From contig DAOTUH010000126.1 of the NCBI GenBank assembly GCA_034437255.1, forward strand, positions 19,198 to 83,197: DNA of 64,000 bases. Direction: 5' to 3'. Shown one piece after another: positions 37,498 through 47,384 of this stretch (the first letter of the stretch is position 1; every line of letters begins with the position of its first letter). This stretch comes from Anaerolineae bacterium (lineage in GTDB: Bacteria; Chloroflexota; Anaerolineae; B4-G1; SLSP01). The notes under the pieces were generated by a model. That model did not search any database and had not been told where the DNA came from. It saw only the letters and a program-made list of their open reading frames with translations. Both the position numbers and the translations under genes were made by a program.

Positions 37498-39042
37498 ATG
37501 AAACATAGGGATGAGTTGTTACACGCTCTGGAAAAAATCGGTCAATGGGGAGCCAAGGCCGAGACACTGGATCAAGAAACTTTACTCCATGCCACCCTCC
37601 CTACCCAGGCATTGAAACTCATTCATGATCCCGAGATTCTGCTCATTGTGGGAGGACGTGGGGCCGGGAAAACCCATCTTTTCCGTCTACTGAACATCTT
37701 GGAAGCGCGCGAGATTCATCTGGAGGAGATGATACTCCGACAACGCGAGCAGGATCGTTGGCTTACCGGTTTCAGCACGTTGACCGATGCCGGGCAGCGA
37801 TTCCCAACGTCCTCTACCCTCCATGCGCTGGCCAAAGACCGGACTCGCGCAGAGCTGGTTTATTTCTGGCGAGGCTTGTTGGCCCACGTCTTGCTGCGCA
37901 AGCGTGACGAGGCCTTTCTTGCGCCTTTCCACGCGACCCTGCAAGATGCCCTTTCAGCTCAAGCGTTCAAGACGTTAAGCCAGGATGTTTTCAAAATCAA
38001 CCATATATGGGACCTCACGCAATCTTCCAACGTCTCTGCGGCTATGGATCAAGCCTTCTACAAGCTAGACGCGAGCTTGAAGTCGTCGGGTCAAGAGCAG
38101 TATCTGTTCATCACCTATGATGACCTAGATCATCTGGCTCTAGATTGGGAACAGGGCCGTAAATTGATCCAATCCCTGTTTCAGTTCTGGATGGAACAAT
38201 GGCGAATTCTGCATTACATACGCCCCAAGATTTTTATCCGTCAGGATTTGTGGGCACCGGAGTTCTTGGATTTCCCCGATGCCAGTAAATTCAACGCACA
38301 CCGGATAGTGTTGACGTGGACGCCGCGCCTGCTATACCAGCTGGTGTTCAAGGCCTGGGCCAACGTGCCGGAGCCACTCGGTAAGGCGGTGCGCGATTTT
38401 TTAGATCATCATCTTCAAATCCGATTTAGCCAAGGCGCATTGGGTTGGATGTACGAAGATTACCCCCGCCATCCCAACGAAGGCGAACTCCAAGCGGTGA
38501 TGCACGCCCTCGTCGGACCATATATGGGCAGCGGCCCGACCAAAGGCCGCTCTTACAATTGGCCCCCCAATCACCTGCAGGATGCGAAAGGCGACCTTTA
38601 CCCCCGTTCTATGCTGCTACTTTTCTCCAAAGCGGCGAGTGATGAGCTCAGCTATGGACGTGGGCGCGAAGATCCGGCATATCTACTGACGCCGACTTCA
38701 TTCCGACAAGCGATGACGGAAGTCTCCAAGCAGCGGCTTCTAGAACTGGAAGAGGAATATCCTTGGATTAAACGGCTTAAGCCTCATTTGCAAGATAAGT
38801 TGGTTCCCATGCCGCAGAGTGAAATGGAGGAACTACTAAAGGAGATTTCATGGGAGGAAGCGTCGTCCCGCGAGACCCCGCCACATACCGCTCCGCGCCA
38901 GTTGATAGCGTACATGCTTTCCATTGGCGTCCTCCGCCGGACCAATGACGGGCGACTACATGTGCCCGATATCTATCTTTATGGCTTTGAGCTTAAGCGC
39001 AAAGGCGGTATTCGTAAGCCAAGAGAGGAACTCCAATTTTGA
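37498..39042 (+). CDS. P-loop NTPase (AAA/STAND-like) of unknown family
   Basis: Walker A LIVGGRGAGKTHLF. Walker B YLFITYDDLDHL. 514 aa. Lower-GC DNA. Confidence 0.7.
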   Translation: MKHRDELLHALEKIGQWGAKAETLDQETLLHATLPTQALKLIHDPEILLIVGGRGAGKTHLFRLLNILEAREIHLEEMILRQREQDRWLTGFSTLTDAGQRFPTSSTLHALAKDRTRAELVYFWRGLLAHVLLRKRDEAFLAPFHATLQDALSAQAFKTLSQDVFKINHIWDLTQSSNVSAAMDQAFYKLDASLKSSGQEQYLFITYDDLDHLALDWEQGRKLIQSLFQFWMEQWRILHYIRPKIFIRQDLWAPEFLDFPDASKFNAHRIVLTWTPRLLYQLVFKAWANVPEPLGKAVRDFLDHHLQIRFSQGALGWMYEDYPRHPNEGELQAVMHALVGPYMGSGPTKGRSYNWPPNHLQDAKGDLYPRSMLLLFSKAASDELSYGRGREDPAYLLTPTSFRQAMTEVSKQRLLELEEEYPWIKRLKPHLQDKLVPMPQSEMEELLKEISWEEASSRETPPHTAPRQLIAYMLSIGVLRRTNDGRLHVPDIYLYGFELKRKGGIRKPREELQF

Positions 39043-39530
39043 AAGAAACAGAACCTGCTTTCAGATCCATGCAGCCCACTTCGCGCATGTGTTTCGTATG
39101 TGGACGAGAAAATCCGACCGGTTTGCATATCCAGTTCTACGAAAACCGTGCCGAAGAGCAGGTCGTCGCGCACGTCGAAATCCCCGATTCGTATCAGGGC
39201 TATCCCGGCATCGCCCACGGCGGGATTGTCGCCGCGATTCTGGACGAGGTCTCCGGTCGCGCCGTCATGATGGACGCGGACGAGACGCCCTTCTGGGTCA
39301 CGGCGAAACTCGAGATCCGTTACCGCGAGCCGACGCCCACCGAAACGCCGCTGGAAGCGGTCGGCTGGGTAGAGGAGCGCCACCGACGTTCGGCCCGGGT
39401 CGCCGGGGAGCTCCGGCGTGAAGATGGCACCGTCACCGCCGAGGTCACGTCCGTCGTCGTCTGCCCCAGGGAGGAGACGCTGCGCGAGTGGCAACAGGAG
39501 CGCGAGTTCTGGCGAGTGACGGACACCTGA
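39039..39530 (+). CDS. PaaI/hotdog-fold thioesterase
   Basis: GIAHGGIVAAILDEVSGRAV hotdog motif. 163 aa. Confidence 0.75.
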   Translation: MKETEPAFRSMQPTSRMCFVCGRENPTGLHIQFYENRAEEQVVAHVEIPDSYQGYPGIAHGGIVAAILDEVSGRAVMMDADETPFWVTAKLEIRYREPTPTETPLEAVGWVEERHRRSARVAGELRREDGTVTAEVTSVVVCPREETLREWQQEREFWRVTDT

Positions 39531-39585
39531 GTCTTGTAACGGGGTAAGAGTTGCCAATAGCTGGAGGCTAGAGAGGGAATAACTT

Positions 39586-40719
39586 ATGAGAGAACGACGA
39601 CGAGGACTCCTGAAACCAGAACTGCTGGATGCGGCGCTGCCGCTGCTGGCGACACTGGCGGCGCTGATCATCGGCGCGGTGTTGCTGCTCTTTCTGGGCG
39701 CGAATCCCATTTCTGCCTACGGCGCGCTGTTTGAGGGCGCTTTTGGCAGCGCCAACTCGATAGCCGAGACCCTGGTGAAGGCGACGCCCCTGCTGCTGGT
39801 CGGCGTGGGCATCTGCATCGCGGCGCGCGGCGGCGTCAACAACATCGGCGGTGAAGGACAGCTGGTGGTCGGCGCGCTGAGCGCGACCATCATCGGACTG
39901 GCACTACCAGGAGTCAGCGGCTGGCTTATCATCCCGCTGGCGATGCTCGCAGGATTTGTCGGCGGCGCGATCTGGGGCGGCATTCCCGGCTATCTCAAGG
40001 CGCGCTTCAACGTCAACGAGATCCTGAGCACCATCATGATGAACCAGATCGCCGTCCACGGGATGAACTTCTTGCTCAACGGCCCGCTCATCGATCCGGT
40101 GCAGCTGCAACGCGCCTCGCGTATCCCCCAGACGGCGCGCCTCGCGCGCGGGTTTGATCTGCCACGCCTGGTGCCCACCCGCCTGCACCTTGGGGCCGCC
40201 TTCGCCGTGTTGGCGGCCATCGTCGTCTATATCTTGCTCTGGCGCACCACGCTGGGCTATCGCATCCGCGCCGTGGGACTGAATCCAGAGGCGTCACGGT
40301 ACGCCGGCATCAACGTGCCCCAGCACATCGTCCTCTCGCTCCTGTTAAGCGGCGCCCTGGCCGGGCTGGCCGGCGCCGTGCAGGTCTACGGTCTGCATCA
40401 CCGGATGTTCACCGATGGCTCCACCACCGGCTTCACCGGCAACGCCGGCTTCAACGGCATCGTCACGGCGCTCTTTGGACAGCTGCACCCGTTAGGGACG
40501 ATTCCGGCCTCTTTTCTCTTCGGCGGATTGCTCGTTGGTGCGAATAAGTTACAGCGGACTGCACAGGTGCCCGGCGCCCTGATCACCACGCTGAACGGCC
40601 TGGTCGTGATCTTCGTCGTCAGCAGCGAGATCTGGCAGCGGCGGCGCGCGAAGCGACGGTTGACTGCCGAGGAGACGCCCGGCACTGACGACGAAATATC
40701 TGAGGAGGTGGAGGCATGA
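39586..40719 (+). CDS. ABC transporter permease (second BMP-type system)
   Basis: Paralogous to 33599-34711 (PLITYAAM / PISAYGAL pattern). Confidence 0.9.
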   Translation: MRERRRGLLKPELLDAALPLLATLAALIIGAVLLLFLGANPISAYGALFEGAFGSANSIAETLVKATPLLLVGVGICIAARGGVNNIGGEGQLVVGALSATIIGLALPGVSGWLIIPLAMLAGFVGGAIWGGIPGYLKARFNVNEILSTIMMNQIAVHGMNFLLNGPLIDPVQLQRASRIPQTARLARGFDLPRLVPTRLHLGAAFAVLAAIVVYILLWRTTLGYRIRAVGLNPEASRYAGINVPQHIVLSLLLSGALAGLAGAVQVYGLHHRMFTDGSTTGFTGNAGFNGIVTALFGQLHPLGTIPASFLFGGLLVGANKLQRTAQVPGALITTLNGLVVIFVVSSEIWQRRRAKRRLTAEETPGTDDEISEEVEA

Positions 40720-41651
40720 TCGCTGATCTCTTTTCCGCGCAGGTCTTGATCGGCATACTGGCGTCGGCTATCCGGCTGGCGACGCCCTATCTCTACGCCG
40801 GGATCGGCGAGACCATCGCTCAGCGCAGCGGCGTGCTCAATCTGGGCGTCGAAGGTCAGATGCTGTTGGGGGCCTTCGCCGCATTCTACACCGTCTATCT
40901 GACCGGCAATCTCTGGCTGGGCATCGGCGTTGCGCTCATCGTTGGGATTGTCATGGGGTTGATCATGGCCCTTGTCAGCGTCACGCTCCAGGCGCAGCAG
41001 GGCATCAGCGGCATCGGCGTCTTCCTCTTTGGGCTGGGGCTGAGCGATCTGCTCTTCCAGAAGCTGATCGGCACGGTGGAGACGGTCAGCGGTTTTCCGC
41101 CTCTGCACTTGCCCATCCTCAGTGATCTACCGGTGCTGGGAAAGATTTTCTTCCAGCACAACATCCTGGTCTACATCGCCTTCGCCTTGGTTCCCGTGGC
41201 CGGATTTCTGCTCAACAAGACGACGCTGGGGCTGAAGATCCGCTCCATCGGCGAGAATCCGAAGGCTGCTGATTCGCTCGGCGTCAACGTCAACAGGATT
41301 CGCTATCTGACCGTCACGGTGGGAAGTATGTTGGCAAGTCTGGCGGGCGCGTCGCTGTCCATCGCCCTGCTCAACGTCTTCCAGCAGAATCTCACCAGCG
41401 GCCTGGGGTTCATTGCCGTGTCGCTCGTCTACTTCGGCGGCTGGCGACCGGTCGGCGTGCTGGGTGGCGCGCTGCTCTTCAGCGCTGTCAACGCCTTGCA
41501 GCTCTGGGTGCAGGTGTTGGGCATTCCGATCCCGTCGGAATTCGCCGTGATGATGCCCTATCTGCTGACCATCGTTGCGCTTATCGCCGCCGGGCGGCGG
41601 GCGCAGGCGCCCAGCGCGTTGACCAAACCCTTCGTCCGAGGCGGTGAATAG
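40716..41651 (+). CDS. ABC transporter permease
   Basis: Paralogous to 34708-35667. 4-nt overlap with the upstream gene. Confidence 0.9.
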   Translation: MIADLFSAQVLIGILASAIRLATPYLYAGIGETIAQRSGVLNLGVEGQMLLGAFAAFYTVYLTGNLWLGIGVALIVGIVMGLIMALVSVTLQAQQGISGIGVFLFGLGLSDLLFQKLIGTVETVSGFPPLHLPILSDLPVLGKIFFQHNILVYIAFALVPVAGFLLNKTTLGLKIRSIGENPKAADSLGVNVNRIRYLTVTVGSMLASLAGASLSIALLNVFQQNLTSGLGFIAVSLVYFGGWRPVGVLGGALLFSAVNALQLWVQVLGIPIPSEFAVMMPYLLTIVALIAAGRRAQAPSALTKPFVRGGE

Positions 41652-41857
41652 TCGATGTTGAGCTCTGTCCGAGACAAAAACCAACCAACGGATTGAACGG
41701 ATGAAACGGATTCTTACTTGATCTGTTGCATCCAAGGATGACCTTTGACCTTTGGCATTCGACATTTGACATAGACTCCTTTTCAAGGAGGTGCGATGGA
41801 CCCAATCTGGCATTTAGCTTAACGATTCTTTCAGCCCTTACCAAGAGGAGATAAACA

Positions 41858-42859
41858 ATGCGTAAACTATACAGCACCATGATCGGCTTAGTTCTGTTGA
41901 GTTTGTTGCTTGTCGGCTGTGGTGGCGCGGCGGAGGATGACGGCGTCTTCCGCGTGGCGGTGGTCATGCCCAGTGCGATCAATGACCTCGCTTTCAGCCA
42001 GAGCATGTACGATGCGTTGATAACGCTTCAGGAAGAGCGCGGCGGTGAAGAGAATTTCGAGATTGCCTACTCCGACGGGACCTTTGTCGTCGACGAGGCT
42101 GCGGCCGCCATCCGCGACTACGCCGCCGAGGGCTATGACCTGGTCATCGCTCACGGCTCGCAGTATGGCAGTTCGTTGCAGGAAATCGCGCCCGACTTCC
42201 CCGACACCAGCTTCGCCTGGGGCACCACGGTGGACACCTTCGTCGATCAGGGCATAGACAACGTCTTCGCCTACGAGGCGCGGGCGGAAGAGGGCGGCTA
42301 CGTCAACGGCGTCATGGCTGGCACGCTGACGGAAAGCGGCGTCATCGGCGTGGTGGGACCCATTGAGACTGGCGATGCCAAGCTCTACGTGGACGGCTTC
42401 GTCGCGGGCATTAACGCCGCCAATCCAGACGCGCAGGTTAACGTCAACTGGATCGGCTCTTTCAGCGACGTGGCCCTGGCCTCTGAGGCCGCGCAGACCC
42501 ACGTCAACGCCGGTGCGGACCAGCTTAGCGGCACCGCCCAGATGGTCGTAGGCGCCATTGGCGTGGCCGAGGAGAACGACGTCGCCTGGTACGGGACCCA
42601 GTCCAGCCAGACGTCGCTGGCGCCCAGCGTTGTTGTCGCCAACCAGATCTACGATTGGACAGGCATCTTGAATGAGATACTGACCCTGATCGAGGAAGGA
42701 ACCTTGGGTGGCAAAGCCTTTGCCCTGACGCTGGAAAACGGCGGCCTGGTCATCGAATACAACCCGGATTATCCACTGCCTGATGACGTAAAGACGCTGG
42801 CCGAGGATACCATCCAGGGCATCATCGACGGCTCCATCACCGTGGACGTGGCCGAGTAG
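41858..42859 (+). CDS. BMP-family ABC transporter substrate-binding lipoprotein
   Basis: Lipobox LVGCGG. RVAVVMPSAINDLAFSQ. BMP family. Confidence 0.9.
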   Translation: MRKLYSTMIGLVLLSLLLVGCGGAAEDDGVFRVAVVMPSAINDLAFSQSMYDALITLQEERGGEENFEIAYSDGTFVVDEAAAAIRDYAAEGYDLVIAHGSQYGSSLQEIAPDFPDTSFAWGTTVDTFVDQGIDNVFAYEARAEEGGYVNGVMAGTLTESGVIGVVGPIETGDAKLYVDGFVAGINAANPDAQVNVNWIGSFSDVALASEAAQTHVNAGADQLSGTAQMVVGAIGVAEENDVAWYGTQSSQTSLAPSVVVANQIYDWTGILNEILTLIEEGTLGGKAFALTLENGGLVIEYNPDYPLPDDVKTLAEDTIQGIIDGSITVDVAE

Positions 42860-42972
42860 TTGTAGGATAGGACGACGAGCACGAGGAGACATCCGATTTC
42901 GCGTGAAGTTCACGTTGAGAAATCGGATGTCTTTTCCCAACCACAGGCATTTGAGCTGTGGCTTTAGCAGAA

Positions 42973-43121
42973 GTATCTGTTTAGTCTTCTGAGGTGCGAC
43001 GCACTTTCGCCGAAGTTCACGAGCCGAGGACTCCTAAACCATGCTCGGAGAACTTTGTAGCGCGGTTTATTTCGATCCGTAAGTGCGTTGCACCTGGACG
43101 CTCATAAACCTAAACGGTTGC
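42973..43121 (+). repeat. Conserved structured element E, copy B (5' leader of ABC ATPase gene)
   Basis: About 95% identical to copy C and about 85% to copy A. Ends 20 nt before the ATG at 43142. Confidence 0.55.
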
Positions 43122-43141
43122 TAGCAAAAAAGGATAAGCGC

Positions 43142-44707
43142 ATGACATACGAGGATCGATTACCTTCGAGCGACCAGCGAATTGAGCGGCTGGAGATGTG
43201 CGACATCACCAAGCGCTTTCCCGGCGTGCTTGCCAATAGCTGCGTCCGCTTCGACGTGCATGCCGGTGAGGTTCACGCGCTGCTCGGTGAAAACGGCGCC
43301 GGCAAGAGCACGCTGATGAACGTCCTCTACGGGCTCTACCAGCAGGATGAGGGCGAGATCAGGATTAATGGCGAACCGGTGACCATCGAATCGCCCGTCG
43401 ACGCCATCAAGTTGGGCATTGGCATGATCCATCAGCACTTCATGCTGGTCCCCACGCTGACGGTGGCCGAAAACGTCGCGCTGGGGCTGCCCTCGTCGCG
43501 GGGATTCCTGACCGATCTTGACCGGGTCGCCGAGCGCATCATCGAGCTGGGGGAGACCTACGGCCTCGTCGTCGATCCCGAGGCTTACGTCTGGCAGCTC
43601 TCCGTCGGCCAGCAGCAGCGCGTGGAGATCATCAAGGCGCTCTATCGAGGTGCCCAGCTGCTTATCCTGGATGAGCCTACGGCGGTGCTGACGCCTCAGG
43701 AGGTCGATGACTTCTTCGCCATTCTCCGTCAGATGGTGGCGGAGGGCCATGCAGTGATCTTTATCTCCCATAAGCTCCACGAGGTCCTGGCCATCAGCGA
43801 CCGAGTGACCGTGCTGCGCGATGGCGTCGTGACCGGCAGCCGTCCGCTGGGCGAAGCCACCAAAGAGGATCTGGCGCGCATGATGGTGGGACGCGAGGTG
43901 GATTGGCAGCCGGAGCGTCCGCCGGTGGAACGCGGCGACGTGCGGCTCTCGCTTCGGAACCTTCAGGCCTTCAACGACCGGGAACAGCTGGCGCTGAAGG
44001 GCGTCGACCTCGACGTGCACGCGGGGGAGATCCTGGGGCTGGCGGGCGTCTCCGGCAACGGTCAGCGGGAACTGGCGCAGGTCGTCACCGGGCTACGGGA
44101 GGCCACGCAGGGCGCGGTGTTGATGGACGGTCAGGAAGTGACCGAGGCCTCGGCCAAGGCTCGTATTGAGCGCGGGATCTCCTACATCCCCGAAGAGCGG
44201 ATGCGCGACGGGATGATCAAGGAGTTCAGCGTGGCGGAAAACCTGATCCTGCGCGAGCATCACCAGACGCCCTATTCGGAGCGTGGCTTTCTCAGATTTT
44301 CGGCCATAGCAGAGCGCTCCAAATCGCTGATCCAGCGGTTCAATGTGAAAACGCCTTCCCAGGAGACCCCGGCGCAGAACCTCTCCGGCGGCAATATTCA
44401 GAAACTTATCCTCGCCCGGGAGATATCGCGTCATCCCAAAATCATCGTCGCTGCCCAGCCGACGCGCGGTCTGGACATCGGCGCGACCGAGTACGTGCGC
44501 AATCAGCTGCTGAAACAGCGCTCTGACGGCGTCGCCATCCTGCTGATCTCCGAGGACCTGGACGAGATCCTCGCCCTCTCGGATCGCATCGCCGTCATCT
44601 ACGAAGGGCAGATCATGGACGTGCTGCCGGCTGATGAGGCGACGGCGGAGCAGCTGGGCTTGCTGATGGCTGGCGTGAAGTCTGAGAGGACAAGAGAGGT
44701 TACTTGA
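43142..44707 (+). CDS. ABC transporter ATP-binding protein with duplicated ATPase domains
   Basis: Paralogous to 31977-33506. Start at MTYEDRL with AAGGA SD preferred over the track's 43088. Confidence 0.9.
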   Translation: MTYEDRLPSSDQRIERLEMCDITKRFPGVLANSCVRFDVHAGEVHALLGENGAGKSTLMNVLYGLYQQDEGEIRINGEPVTIESPVDAIKLGIGMIHQHFMLVPTLTVAENVALGLPSSRGFLTDLDRVAERIIELGETYGLVVDPEAYVWQLSVGQQQRVEIIKALYRGAQLLILDEPTAVLTPQEVDDFFAILRQMVAEGHAVIFISHKLHEVLAISDRVTVLRDGVVTGSRPLGEATKEDLARMMVGREVDWQPERPPVERGDVRLSLRNLQAFNDREQLALKGVDLDVHAGEILGLAGVSGNGQRELAQVVTGLREATQGAVLMDGQEVTEASAKARIERGISYIPEERMRDGMIKEFSVAENLILREHHQTPYSERGFLRFSAIAERSKSLIQRFNVKTPSQETPAQNLSGGNIQKLILAREISRHPKIIVAAQPTRGLDIGATEYVRNQLLKQRSDGVAILLISEDLDEILALSDRIAVIYEGQIMDVLPADEATAEQLGLLMAGVKSERTREVT

Positions 44708-44830
44708 CCCTAGGGCGGTCGTCGCTGGCGACAGACTTGCTCTTTCTTTCACATCTGGCTACAATGGGCGTGCATGACTTGGCTAACCACCCGGCCCTGT
44801 TAGGGGCCGTTTTAGTTGAGGAGGTTCTTG

Positions 44831-45682
44831 ATGCTACGTAACGTGAAAACCTATCACAGACCGGCTACCGTTGAGGACGCCGTATCGTTGGTGCAGACCA
44901 GCGCCCACGCGGCTTATCTCGGCGGCGGCGCATGGCTCATGGCGCAGGGCGACACCCAGCTCGAGGTCGCTGTGGATTTACAGGATATCGGTCTCGATGT
45001 GCTAAAGGGCGATATTGACGCGGTGCGCATCGGCGCGATGGTCACACTCCAGGAGATCATCGATCACAGCGACGCGGGTAAGCTGGCCAACGGCGGGCTG
45101 GCGAAAGCCGCCGGGCTGACCCAATCCCGCAATCTGCGTGAGCAGGGCACGCTGGGCGGCACGCTGATCACCGCCGGGCCCGCCGACCCCCTGACCACAG
45201 TGCTACTGGTGCTCGATAGCGAGATCTTCTACGCCGATTCCACGGGCCACTCCGCGCCCTTCGCGAGTTTTGTCGCGTACCGGGACCGGCTGATTAAGGC
45301 CCGCGCGCTTCTCACCGAGGTGCGCGTCACGCGCCCGCCCACGCGCAGTGCAGCCGCCTACGAGGTCGTCGGACGCTCGCCCAAGGACAAGCCCATCGTC
45401 GGCGCGGCGGCCTACATTGAGATTGAAGAGGGGCTGGCCGCCACGGTGCGCCTGGCCGTCGGCGGCGCTGACGCCAAGCCCGTGCGCCTGCTCAAAGCGG
45501 AGCATCTGCTGAAAGATACCTTACTCAGTCAGACCAATATTGATGCTGCCTTGCGTCCGGCGCTGGCGCAACTCAAGCCTGTTGGCGATTTTCGTGGCAG
45601 CGCAGAGTACCGCCTAGAAATGGCGAAGGTGCTCTCTCGCCGCGCGCTCACGGCGGCGTGGAAAAAGGCGCGACGCGGGTGA
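44831..45682 (+). CDS. FAD-binding subunit of molybdopterin-dependent dehydrogenase (CoxM/XdhB-like)
   Basis: YHRPATVEDAVSLV...AYLGGGAWLM is an FAD_binding_5 pattern. GAGGAGG SD before the ATG at 44831. Confidence 0.8.
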   Translation: MLRNVKTYHRPATVEDAVSLVQTSAHAAYLGGGAWLMAQGDTQLEVAVDLQDIGLDVLKGDIDAVRIGAMVTLQEIIDHSDAGKLANGGLAKAAGLTQSRNLREQGTLGGTLITAGPADPLTTVLLVLDSEIFYADSTGHSAPFASFVAYRDRLIKARALLTEVRVTRPPTRSAAAYEVVGRSPKDKPIVGAAAYIEIEEGLAATVRLAVGGADAKPVRLLKAEHLLKDTLLSQTNIDAALRPALAQLKPVGDFRGSAEYRLEMAKVLSRRALTAAWKKARRG

Positions 45683-46617
45683 ACAACGCCAAAGAATCGA
45701 GACTGCCCCACAGCGAGAAGGACGAATCACGCGAATCGTTGGGCTGGAATTACGGCGGTCAGGCCGTCATTGAGGGCGTCTTGATGCGCGGCGCGCACCA
45801 GGCAGCCATCGCCGTGCGCCGGCCCGACAACGGGGAGATCGTCGTCAAGACAGAGCCGGTCAGCGCGCTCTATCGCGGCCCCATCAGCAAGATCCCCTTT
45901 CTGCGCGGCATCCCCATGCTCTGGGACGCGCTGGGGCTGGGGATGCGGGCGCTCTTTTACTCCGCCGAGGTGGTGGGACAGGCTGAAGATCCTGAGTTCA
46001 CTATGGAAGGCGGCGCCGGCATCGCCACAGGCGCGTTCTCGCTGCTCGTTGGCGTGTCGCTCTTCATGCTCTTTCCTTCTTGGCTGGCGGGGCTGCTGGT
46101 CCCAGAGAACGAGCTCCTCTTCAACTTCGTGGAGGGCGGCATTCGCCTGCTGATGCTGGTGGCGTATATGGTGCTCGTCGCGCAGATGGAGGAGATCCGC
46201 CGGGTCTTCGCCTATCACGGTGCCGAACACGCGACCATCAACGCCTACGAAGACGGCGCGCCGCTCACCGTCGAAGATGTGCGTCCCTACTCCACGGCTC
46301 ACGCGCGCTGCGGGACGGCCTTTCTGCTCCTGGTGGTGCTGATCTCCATCCTGGTCTTCCTACCCTTCGGCAAGCCACCGCTGCTGATCCGCCTGGCGTC
46401 GCGCCTGGTGATGGTCCCGGTCATCTCCGGCATCGCCTACGAGGTGCTGCGCTTTACCGGCAAGCACGCCGATAATCCGCTGATCCAGTGGCTCATCAAG
46501 CCCAACCTGGCGCTCCAGCGGCTCACCACGCGGAAGCCGGACGACGAGATGCTGGAAGTCGCCATCATGGCGTTGAAGGCGGTGCTGGAGAAGGAGAAGG
46601 CGCCAACCGCTCCGTAG
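45658..46617 (+). CDS. DUF1385 family membrane protein (YqhQ-like)
   Basis: YHGAEHATINAYE motif and TM segments. Start uncertain because it overlaps the upstream gene by 25 nt. Confidence 0.7.
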   Translation: MEKGATRVNNAKESRLPHSEKDESRESLGWNYGGQAVIEGVLMRGAHQAAIAVRRPDNGEIVVKTEPVSALYRGPISKIPFLRGIPMLWDALGLGMRALFYSAEVVGQAEDPEFTMEGGAGIATGAFSLLVGVSLFMLFPSWLAGLLVPENELLFNFVEGGIRLLMLVAYMVLVAQMEEIRRVFAYHGAEHATINAYEDGAPLTVEDVRPYSTAHARCGTAFLLLVVLISILVFLPFGKPPLLIRLASRLVMVPVISGIAYEVLRFTGKHADNPLIQWLIKPNLALQRLTTRKPDDEMLEVAIMALKAVLEKEKAPTAP

Positions 46618-46671
46618 GGCTGACGCAAGCTTTCTTAATGCTCCCCGCTCTCGTCAACCGCGTAGCCTAGT

Positions 46672-46900
46672 GGAGGCCGGGGGCGGGCACGGTGGGGACA
46701 CCGGCCCGAACGAGAAGGTAGGCGTGATGGGGAGGCCGGGAACGGGCACGGTGAGGACACCGGTCCGAACTAGAGAAGAGCGGGCGCGGTGGGGAGACTG
46801 GGGGCGGGCACGGTAGGGACACCGGCCCGAGCGAGAGAAGGGCGGGCGCGGTGGGGAGATCGGCCCGAACTTTAGGGACACCGGCTCGAGATACCCGTGG
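46672..46900. repeat. Tandem direct repeat, ~60 bp x 3.5
   Basis: Units GGAGGCCGGGGGCGGGCACGGTGGGGACACCGGCCCGAACGAGAAG.... Shares the core CGGTGGGGACACCGGCC with the 6300-6450 array. Confidence 0.9.
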
Positions 46901-47033
46901 GGACGACGCGATTGGGCTCCAGGAAGAGCGAGATATTGGCGGCGATGATCAGCGCACCGAGGGTGATCAACAGATAGTCCCAGAGATGACGGAGCGCACG
47001 CCGCCAGCGCGATGATAGACGGGGTCGTTTCAC
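46872..47033 (-). pseudogene. Truncated remnant (53 codons) of a YitT-like membrane protein gene, ending in the tandem array
   Basis: Strong GAGGAGG SD then a GTG at 47033. LITLGALIIAANISLFLEPNRVVPTGISS resembles the YitT/DUF161 N-terminus. The frame terminates inside repeat unit 4. Confidence 0.35.
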
Positions 47034-47228
47034 GTAGTTTCCTCCTCGTCGTACAAAATCATCAACGGATTTAGCGGGTTAAATACGAGTACGGACTTAC
47101 CAGCATGATCGTGGACTGCTTTGTGACTTTGGAAGGACATGCTCACAGGAGCGAGTCGCCCTTTGAATCTGTTGGGAAAGCTCGCACGTGTACTGAAGAA
47201 GACATTCGCGTCTGGGAAAACGGAGGGT

Positions 47229-47377
47229 GTATCTGTTTAGTCTTCTAAGGTGCGTCGCACTTTCGCCGACGTTCACGAGCCGGGGACTCCTAAACCATGC
47301 TCGGAGAACTTTGTAGCGCGGTTTGTTTCGATCCGTAAGTGCGTTGCACCTGGACGCTCACAAACCTAAACGGTTGC
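47229..47377 (+). repeat. Conserved structured element E, copy C
   Basis: Nearly identical to copy B. Lies 3' of the convergent CAP-domain gene and is not in a leader. Confidence 0.55.
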
Positions 47378-47384
47378 CGGAGGG

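Noticed and set aside
45658-45682. 25-nt overlap between the FAD-subunit gene and the DUF1385 gene
   Set aside because: It is more likely a start-codon ambiguity in the DUF1385 gene than programmed overlap. No slippery sequence was seen.
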